This document shows positions 25,341 through 31,851 of a DNA stretch of 45,072 nucleotides, one piece after another. Made by a program: the position numbers and the translations under genes. The stretch is from NCBI GenBank assembly GCA_016183835.1, contig JACPDV010000418.1:1-45072 (forward strand). The letters are read 5' to 3'. The notes under the pieces were generated by a model. That model did no database searches. It was not told the origin of the DNA and saw only the letters and a program-made list of their open reading frames with translations. Positions within the stretch are counted from its first letter, which is position 1; the number at the start of each line of letters is the position of its first letter. The stretch comes from Armatimonadota bacterium. Its GTDB lineage: Bacteria > Armatimonadota > UBA10988.

Positions 25341-26486
25341 TCACGCGACCCACCGCCGCAGCCGCTCGACGTCCACGTCGATGCCGAGACCCGGCGCGGT
25401 GGGGACCGCGACCATGGGGCCTTCGCGTTGCGGGAAGTCGGGGATGAGCTGGTCCCTGAGCGGATTCTCGGTGCGGTCGAGTTCGAGCCAGCGGGTGCGC
25501 GGGGTCAGCGCGCCGGGGATGGGCGGGAGCGCGGCCAGGAACTGCAGCGCTGCGGCGAGCCCCACCGCCGCGCCCCAGACGTGCGGCCGGACCTCGATCC
25601 CGAACGTGCGGCCGAGGGCGGCGATCTCCAGCCCGGCCGTGAACCCGCCGCAGGCGCCCAGGTCGGGCTGCGCCAGGTCCACGCAGCGGCGGACGAACAG
25701 CTCGCGGAACCCGTAGCGCGTGAACTCCGCCTCGCCGCCGGCGATGGGCACGCCGTGCGGCCCGAGCACCCGCCGCACCTCGGCGTAGCCTTCGAGGTCC
25801 TCCGGCGGCACCGGCTCCTCGAACCACCAGACGTTCTCCGCGGCGGCGTGGAGCCCTAACTCGATGGCCTCGCGCGCGTTGTAGGCGTGGTTGGCGTCGA
25901 TGGCCAGTGGCAACTCGTGCCCCACGGCGCGACGGACCGCGCGAAGGTTCTCCAGGTCGCGCTCGAGCCCCAAGCCGACCTTCATCTTCAGTCCGCGGAA
26001 GCCCTGGTCCAGGTAGCGCCGCGCCTCGTCGGCCAGCCGGCCGGCCTGCCCTTCGCCGCGCGTGAAGAAGAACCCGGTGGCGTAAGCCTCCACCTCGTCG
26101 CACCAGGCGCCGCCGAGGAGCGTGGCCACGGGCAGGCCCAGAGCGCGGCCCTTGAGGTCCCAGAGCGCGATGTCGAGCCCGCTCAGGCCGGCCACGAAGG
26201 CGCCCTTCTGCCCGAAGTCGCGGCTGCGGTTGTAGAGCTCTTCCCACAGCACGCCGGTGTTCAGCGGGTCGCGGCCGATCAGGCGGGGGCCAAGGAAGTC
26301 GCGCACCACGGCGGCGTTCACCTCGGCGCTGCCGAAGCACTCGCCCCAGCCGACCGAGCCGTCGTCGGCGGTGACGCAGACCAGGCAACAGGTGCGCTCA
26401 CTGTTCCACCACTGGGCGAAGGCGAACGGCTCGGAGAGGGCATGGCGCAGGACGTAGACGTCGACCTGGGAGACCTTCATCACCAC
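25341..26486 (-). CDS. Enolase-superfamily enzyme, mandelate racemase subgroup (probable sugar-acid dehydratase)
   Basis: Motifs include the KxK motif LKMKVG, the metal ligands AIDANHAY, WWFEEPV and IAGGEAEF, plus DLAQPD and RPHVWG. The codons at 26486 and 26483 are GTG, so the ATG at 26480 (MKVSQV) may be the true start. Confidence 0.8.
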   Translation of the reverse strand: MVMKVSQVDVYVLRHALSEPFAFAQWWNSERTCCLVCVTADDGSVGWGECFGSAEVNAAVVRDFLGPRLIGRDPLNTGVLWEELYNRSRDFGQKGAFVAGLSGLDIALWDLKGRALGLPVATLLGGAWCDEVEAYATGFFFTRGEGQAGRLADEARRYLDQGFRGLKMKVGLGLERDLENLRAVRRAVGHELPLAIDANHAYNAREAIELGLHAAAENVWWFEEPVPPEDLEGYAEVRRVLGPHGVPIAGGEAEFTRYGFRELFVRRCVDLAQPDLGACGGFTAGLEIAALGRTFGIEVRPHVWGAAVGLAAALQFLAALPPIPGALTPRTRWLELDRTENPLRDQLIPDFPQREGPMVAVPTAPGLGIDVDVERLRRWVA

Positions 26487-26498
26487 CCCCGGGCGTGG

Positions 26499-27776
26499 CT
26501 AGAGCGCGCCGTTGACGGCCTCGTCCTGCCGGCAGCGGGCCTTGAACCGGCGGTAGACGAGATGGGCAAAGTCGTCGAGCCGGCTGCCCGCCGCGCGGGC
26601 GTCGGCCTCGCGGACCTCCACCAGGTCCACCGGCTGCATCCGATTGAGCGACAGCACCACGTAGTGGTCGCCGGTCTTGTCGAGCTGGAGGTCGAACGCG
26701 CTGAGCCCACGGTTGAGGGCGCGGTTGATGGCCAGAGCGCAGTCGGCGGCGCGGTCCTCGGGGGTGGGTGAGTCGCCCGCGTCCGCCAGCTCCAGCAGCG
26801 TCTCGTCGCCGAGGAGCAGCTCCACCCGCGACGTGCCGTCGGACAGCGGCGTGACGCGCAGCCCGGCGGTGATCCCCCGCGTCACGGCGCGCCGGTCCAC
26901 GGGCAGCTTAAGCGTGTCGCGGATCTGCTTCTCCAGGTACTCAGCGCGCTCATCGCTCCACGGGTGGTCCTGGAAGGCGCCCAGCTCCGCCGGGTTCGGC
27001 CGCTGCCGGTAGAGCCGCTGGAGCCGCTCGAAGGTGGTCACCATGCCCACCGGGTTGTACCCGGCGCGGTAGGCGTAGTAGCAGCCGGCTTTGTCGGCCT
27101 GCTCCTCCTCATCAATGGTGTGACCGTTCTGCAAGGCCAGGTAGACGTACTGCACGATGGCCGCGGCGTGCATCACGTTGACGCCCATGAAGCTGGCGGC
27201 GAGCATGGCGAGGATCTGCTGCTGCTGGTAGCGCTGCATCCGGCGCACCTGCTGACGCAGGTGGTGGTGCGTGTTGTGCGCGCACTCATGCGCCACGACG
27301 CCGGCGATCTCGTCGTCACTCTGGCAGAAATCGAGGATCCCCCGCGTCAAGTAGATGTGACCGCCCCAGGTGGAGAAGGCGTTGATGTCGTCGCTGTCGA
27401 CCAGGTGGAAGGTGAACTGGAAGCTGGGCTCGCCGCCCTCGATGGGCACCTGCTTGGGCCCCACCGCGGCGGCGGCGGTGATCACCCGCCAGCCGATCGC
27501 CTCTACCTGCTTCTGCCGGTCCGGGTCGCGGTAAGGCTTCAGCTCTTTGGCGAAGAAGTCGGCGACCTCTTTGGCGTACTTGCTCTCCTCGGCCTCGCTG
27601 TACCTGGACTGGCCCAGGTCCACCTTCAACTCGATGTCGGGCAGTTTGGCGGTGGGCTTGAGCGCCTGCGGCGTGATGTCTTCGGCCGGGGCGAGCGAGA
27701 GCGCCAGGCAGGCCAGAGCCGCGAGGGCCCAGCCACCCTTCGTCAACCGGGGGAGCCGATGATCGGCGCGACGCAC
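26499..27776 (-). CDS. M48-family Zn metalloprotease, membrane-anchored or secreted
   Basis: The HExxH motif is VAHECAHNTHHH, with the typical surrounding sequence (NAFSTWGGHIYLTRGIL). I favour the GTG start at 27776 (GGAG 6 nt upstream, then RRADHRLPRLTKGGWALAALACLALSLAPA). The track ORF extends to a TTG at 27842. Confidence 0.75.
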   Translation of the reverse strand: MRRADHRLPRLTKGGWALAALACLALSLAPAEDITPQALKPTAKLPDIELKVDLGQSRYSEAEESKYAKEVADFFAKELKPYRDPDRQKQVEAIGWRVITAAAAVGPKQVPIEGGEPSFQFTFHLVDSDDINAFSTWGGHIYLTRGILDFCQSDDEIAGVVAHECAHNTHHHLRQQVRRMQRYQQQQILAMLAASFMGVNVMHAAAIVQYVYLALQNGHTIDEEEQADKAGCYYAYRAGYNPVGMVTTFERLQRLYRQRPNPAELGAFQDHPWSDERAEYLEKQIRDTLKLPVDRRAVTRGITAGLRVTPLSDGTSRVELLLGDETLLELADAGDSPTPEDRAADCALAINRALNRGLSAFDLQLDKTGDHYVVLSLNRMQPVDLVEVREADARAAGSRLDDFAHLVYRRFKARCRQDEAVNGAL

Positions 27777-27855
27777 GGGACGCTCCGCACACCCCTCGGT
27801 GGGTGTGGTCTGCACTGTAGTAAAGACTCGGCGTCTTGGCAAGGGTTCCTGCCGG

Positions 27856-27885
27856 TTGACGCTCCGGCGGCACCGGCGCTACAAT
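27856..27885 (+). promoter_or_regulatory. Sigma70-like promoter directly abutting the PDZ-protein start codon (leaderless or near-leaderless)
   Basis: TTGACG (27856-27861), an 18-nt spacer, then TACAAT (27880-27885). ATG 27894 lies only 8 nt after the -10, and there is no SD. Confidence 0.4.
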
Positions 27886-27893
27886 CCCGCATC

Positions 27894-29603
27894 ATGCGCC
27901 CCGAACCAGGTGCCGCTGAGGGGCCTCAGCGTAAGATCGCCAACCGCCTGGACCGGGTCCGCGGCGCCCGTCCGCCGTCGCTCAGCTCAGACGCTCTGCG
28001 CGGCTTCCCGGTTCGTCCCGCGTTGCTCGGCGCCGCTACCGTGGCGGGCGTGCTGTTGCTCATCGGGCTGGGCTACGGGCTGCTCGCCTGGTGGCTGAGC
28101 GGCCCTCCGCCGGCGCTGGCGAAGGCCGCCGCGACCGGGCTCCACGCGCGGCTGGTGGCGGTCACGCGCGAGCCGACGCACCACTACGTCTACCAACCGG
28201 GCGGTGGGTTCCTGCGCCATCTGCTGGGCGCTCGCGGGCAGCGGCTCGGGCCGCCGGCCATCGCCGCACAGGCCGACGTGCCGGACCCGAGCGTGGTGCT
28301 GTGGATCTGGACCGACCAACCGACGCCAAGGCCGCCCGGCACGGCCGAGGTGCTCGACGAGGGTCACCGGCGCTACGTCAACGGCGCGCTGACGCAGCCC
28401 ATCCGCGCCGGCGCGCTGCCGTGGGGGCACGGCGGGCTCGTCTGGGTGGCGCTGACCAATCTCGATCGCACCGCGACCCGATTGACCTTCGACCTGCAGC
28501 TCGGCGGGCCGGGGCAATCCGTCAGCTTCACCGTGCCGGGACCCATCGAGTCGCCCAACCCGGCCGCCGCGAGCGCGGCCTACCCGCTTGCCGCGGGCGA
28601 TCGCGACGCCGCCGTGCTGCTCCACCAGCTCCGCCCGGTCGAGCCCGCGCAGATGATCGAGCTGCTCAGCCTCGACCAGGCGCCGGAGCCGCACGACCAG
28701 CTCCTGCTCGCCGACTTCACCGCGCGCGAGGCCGGGCAGGCCGAGCTGACGGGCGAGTGGCAGTTCAAGGTCCTCCAGGCTGTCACCGAGCGCGGCGAGC
28801 GGCTCGACACCGTGGCCGACCATGCGGGGCTGCTCTACCTGACCAGCGGGCGCCGGCCCGACGGGTTCGACCGGCTCTACCTCACGGTGCAGGCCGACCG
28901 CATCGAGCGGGGCGCCGCGGCCTCGTTGTTCCGCCGCTTGAAGCTCCCGGCCAAGCCCGGCGACGTGGCCAGTTGGAACCGCGACGCGGCGCCGCCGTTC
29001 CGCGCGGCCAAGCTGACGTGCCTCCAGGGCGCGCGCGTGGACGCCGCCACGCTGCGCCTGAGCCTGGAGTGCCGTGCGCCGCCGGGCAGCGACGTGGTGC
29101 TCTCGTACCTGGCCGGGCTCGATCAGGAGTCACACGCCGTCCGCCCGGGGCGCGACGGGGTGGAGCTGCTGGAGAAGCAGTCCAGTCCGGGCGGGGTGAC
29201 GTGGCGGTGGAGCGTGGACACGAGCCTGGACGGCGATGCCACCGATGCGGCGTTCGCCTTCCAACTGCGCTACCGCGCGGTGGCGGCGACCACCACGGCG
29301 CTGCTGGCGGCGAAGCTGCAGCCGCCGCGGCCGCCCGAGCGGCTGGCGGGACTAGGCGTGGTCTTGCAACCGGTACGCGGCCGCTACCTGGTGGCGCTGG
29401 TGACGCCCGGGAGCGGCGCGGCGGCGGCGGGGCTGAAGGCGGGCGACGAGATCCTGGCGGTGGACGGCCTGCCGCCGGCGCTGCTGCTCCGCGCGGTGCT
29501 GCGCCACGAGCCGGGGCAGCGGGTGCCGGTGCGCTGCCGGCGCGGGCAGGCGGTGGGGACGGTGGGCGTGGCGCTGGACGCGCTGGTGCCGGCGCAGCGG
29601 TAG
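27894..29603 (+). CDS. Single-pass membrane protein with a C-terminal PDZ domain
   Basis: ATG 27894 follows directly after a sigma70-like promoter. There is a TM helix (LLGAATVAGVLLLIGLGYGLLAWWL). The C-terminal PDZ motif is GVVLQPVRGRYLVALVTPGSGAAAAGLKAGDEILAVDG. The track ORF start at 26964 is antisense to the M48 gene. Confidence 0.7.
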   Translation: MRPEPGAAEGPQRKIANRLDRVRGARPPSLSSDALRGFPVRPALLGAATVAGVLLLIGLGYGLLAWWLSGPPPALAKAAATGLHARLVAVTREPTHHYVYQPGGGFLRHLLGARGQRLGPPAIAAQADVPDPSVVLWIWTDQPTPRPPGTAEVLDEGHRRYVNGALTQPIRAGALPWGHGGLVWVALTNLDRTATRLTFDLQLGGPGQSVSFTVPGPIESPNPAAASAAYPLAAGDRDAAVLLHQLRPVEPAQMIELLSLDQAPEPHDQLLLADFTAREAGQAELTGEWQFKVLQAVTERGERLDTVADHAGLLYLTSGRRPDGFDRLYLTVQADRIERGAAASLFRRLKLPAKPGDVASWNRDAAPPFRAAKLTCLQGARVDAATLRLSLECRAPPGSDVVLSYLAGLDQESHAVRPGRDGVELLEKQSSPGGVTWRWSVDTSLDGDATDAAFAFQLRYRAVAATTTALLAAKLQPPRPPERLAGLGVVLQPVRGRYLVALVTPGSGAAAAGLKAGDEILAVDGLPPALLLRAVLRHEPGQRVPVRCRRGQAVGTVGVALDALVPAQR

Positions 29604-29604
29604 G

Positions 29605-30165
29605 TCAGCCGAGCATCCCCACCGATCCGGCGTACTTGAAGATGTCGCCGGCCTCGAGGATGCCGACCACGGCGCCCAGCGGCAGGAGCTTGTGCGTGGT
29701 GCCGCGGGTCAGGTTCTCCAATGTGCCGGCCGCCAGGTCCACGCGCAGCTCGTCGCCGGTGCGCACCTGCTCAACCAGCCGCTCCGCGCACTCGGCGGGC
29801 ACCAGGTAGCCGCCGTTGACGCTGTTGCGGTAGAAGATCCGCGCGTACGACTCCGCCACCACCACGGTGATGCCGGCTTCGGCGAGCGCCAGCGGGGCGT
29901 GCTCGCGCGAGCTGCCGCAGCCGAAGTTGCGCCCGCCCACCACGATCCGATACTCGCTGCTCTCGGCGCCCTCCTCGACGAACGGCACGCCGCCGTCCGG
30001 CAGCCCGGCGCCCTCGGGCGGCACGCCGCACAGCGCATAGCGGCCGAACAGCTTTCGCTCCTCGGGCTTTGAGGGGTCGTAGACCAGGTAGTTGGCCGGG
30101 ATGATCTGGTCGGTGTCGACCTTGTCACCCAGCACGTAGGCCCGGCCCTGGATCAGCTTGTCCAT
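29605..30165 (-). CDS. leuD: 3-isopropylmalate dehydratase small subunit (type-2 LeuD-like)
   Basis: Motifs are MDKLIQGRAYVLGDKVDTDQIIPA, GRNFGCGSSREHAP and ESYARIFYRNSVN. It lies downstream of leuC. Homoaconitase or methylmalate dehydratase specificity cannot be excluded. Confidence 0.8.
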   Translation of the reverse strand: MDKLIQGRAYVLGDKVDTDQIIPANYLVYDPSKPEERKLFGRYALCGVPPEGAGLPDGGVPFVEEGAESSEYRIVVGGRNFGCGSSREHAPLALAEAGITVVVAESYARIFYRNSVNGGYLVPAECAERLVEQVRTGDELRVDLAAGTLENLTRGTTHKLLPLGAVVGILEAGDIFKYAGSVGMLG

Positions 30166-30189
30166 CGCTCGCCTGCCTTCGCCTTTGCA

Positions 30190-30225
30190 CCCCCTCTTTG
30201 CCAAGGAGGGGGCAGGGGGAGGTCC
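30190..30225. repeat. REP-like element copy A (left arm only) in the leuC-leuD spacer
   Basis: CCCCCTCTTTGCCAAGGAGGGGGCAGGGGGAGGTCC matches the left arm of copies C, D and E. It is followed by unrelated GC hairpins (CCGCCCGGACGGGCGG and GGGCGGGGCAAGCCCCGCCC, about 30245-30274). Confidence 0.8.
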
Positions 30226-30308
30226 CGTCATCGGGTCCCTCGAACCGCCCGGACGGGCGGGGCAAGCCCCGCCCCTACGCCGGATGGTCCGCCACCCCGC
30301 GGTCGACC

Positions 30309-31622
30309 CTACCCGAGCATGTCCCGCGGGTCGGTGATGTGGCCGGTCAGGGCGCTGGCGGCGACGGTCAGGGGGCTGGCGAGGTAGACGCCGGCGTCCT
30401 TGTGGCCCATGCGGCCGGGGAAGTTGCGGTTGGTGGCCGAGATGCACGCCAGCGGCTCGTTGAGCCGGCCGAACGTGTCGATCGGCCCGCCCAGGCAGGC
30501 GGCGCAGCTCGCCTGGCCCACGCGACAGCCGGCGCCCTCGAACACCTCGCGCAGCGTCTGCCCGTTGAGCCGCTCGGTGTCGAGCGCCGCCGCCACTTCG
30601 GTGGTGGCGGGCACGATGAAGGTGTCGATCCGCACCTCGCGCCCGGCCAGGATCCGCGCGGCGGCCTGGAAGTCGCTCACCTTGCCGCCCGTGCAGCTTC
30701 CGATGTAGGCCCGGTCGAGCCGCGTGCCGGCCACCTCGCTCACGCACGACTTGTTGTCCGGGCTGTGCGGCCGGGCGACCATCGGCTCCAGGCGGCTCAT
30801 GTCGTAACTCGAGACGTGCACGTAGCCGCCGTCGGCGGTGTCGTACACGGGCTCGAAGTCGGCCTTCGTGCCGGACTTGGCGGTGCGCCGCCGAACGTAG
30901 TCGAAGGTCACCTCGTCGGGCTGCACTACGCCGTTCTTGCCGCCCGCCTCGATGACCATGTTGCAGAGGGTCATCCGGTCCTCGATGGTCAGGCCGGAGA
31001 TGCCCTCGCCCACAAACTCCATGGCGCGATAGGTAGCGCCCTCGGTGCCGATGTCGCCGATCACCGCGAGGATCAGGTCCTTGGCCATCAGGTAGGGCGG
31101 CAGCTCGCCCTCGAACTCGAAGCGCATCGTCTCAGGCACCTTGACCCACAGCTTGCCGGTGCCCATCACGAAGCCGGCCTCGGTGTTGCCGATGCCGGTG
31201 GCGAACTCGCCGAACGCGCCCGCGGTGCAGGTGTGGCTGTCGGTGCCGAGGAGCACCTCGCCGGGCCGGGTGTGGCCCTCCTCGGGGAGGGCGATGTGGC
31301 AGACACCCTTGTAGCGCTCGGTGCCCACGTCGTAGAAGTACGGCAGATCCTGCTCGGCGGCGAACTCGCGGAGGGTGCGCACGTTGCGGTTGGCGTGCTC
31401 GTCGGCGGTGAAGATGTAGTGGTCGGGGATGAGCACCACCTTGTGCCGGTCCCAGACGCGCGCGGCGTCGCCGAAGTGCTCCTTGAACACGCCGATGGTG
31501 CCGGGCCCGCAGACGTCGTGGGTCATCAGGATATCGACATCGATCCAGATCGTCTCCCCCGCGCGGACGCTGTCGCGGCCGGCGTGACGGGCGAGGATCT
31601 GTTCGGTCATGGTGCTTCCCAT
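30309..31622 (-). CDS. leuC: 3-isopropylmalate dehydratase large subunit (type-2 LeuC-like)
   Basis: The sequence contains MTEQILARHAG...DILMTHDVCGP, the aconitase-family Fe-S cysteines (DSHTCTAGA, IGSCTGG, ASCAACLGG) and NRNFPGRMG. The alternative start MTEQ at 31610 is possible. Confidence 0.85.
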   Translation of the reverse strand: MGSTMTEQILARHAGRDSVRAGETIWIDVDILMTHDVCGPGTIGVFKEHFGDAARVWDRHKVVLIPDHYIFTADEHANRNVRTLREFAAEQDLPYFYDVGTERYKGVCHIALPEEGHTRPGEVLLGTDSHTCTAGAFGEFATGIGNTEAGFVMGTGKLWVKVPETMRFEFEGELPPYLMAKDLILAVIGDIGTEGATYRAMEFVGEGISGLTIEDRMTLCNMVIEAGGKNGVVQPDEVTFDYVRRRTAKSGTKADFEPVYDTADGGYVHVSSYDMSRLEPMVARPHSPDNKSCVSEVAGTRLDRAYIGSCTGGKVSDFQAAARILAGREVRIDTFIVPATTEVAAALDTERLNGQTLREVFEGAGCRVGQASCAACLGGPIDTFGRLNEPLACISATNRNFPGRMGHKDAGVYLASPLTVAASALTGHITDPRDMLG

Positions 31623-31643
31623 GCCGGTTCTCCGCTGCTCGGC

Positions 31644-31671
31644 ATTATACGGCGAATCCCCGAACCGGCAA
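31644..31671 (-). promoter_or_regulatory. Sigma70-like promoter of leuC
   Basis: On the minus strand the sequence reads TTGCCG (31671-31666), a 16-nt spacer, then TATAAT (31649-31644). GGAG follows, 7 nt before ATG 31622. Confidence 0.45.
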
Positions 31672-31687
31672 TCGGGGCAGGCTACGG

Positions 31688-31849
31688 GGGAGTGATTGGC
31701 GGCGCCGGGAGCCTTATCTGCTCCTCCCCCTGCGAAGCGGGGGGAGGCGGGAGGGGGGTCCTCCGGCTACCGCGAACCGGCCGGCAACCCCCACCCCGTC
31801 CCTCCCCCGCTTCGCAGGGGAGGGGGCTCCCGAGATTCCAATCACTCCC
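31688..31849. mobile_element. MITE-like palindromic element (copy B, variant core) with 12-bp TIRs and an 8-bp flanking direct repeat
   Basis: The TIRs are GGGAGTGATTGG (31688-31699) and CCAATCACTCCC (31838-31849), a perfect inverted pair. GGCTACGG occurs immediately outside both ends (31680-31687 and 31850-31857). Internal arms CCCCTGCGAAGCGGGG (31727-31742) and CCCCGCTTCGCAGGGG (31805-31820) are exact reverse complements. No ORF for a transposase is present. Confidence 0.7.
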
Positions 31850-31851
31850 GG

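Noticed and set aside
26964-27893. A 310-aa N-terminal extension of the PDZ-protein ORF.
   Set aside because: It is antisense to the M48 protease gene, which has an HExxH motif, and is compositionally shadow-like. A promoter and ATG at 27894 fit better.
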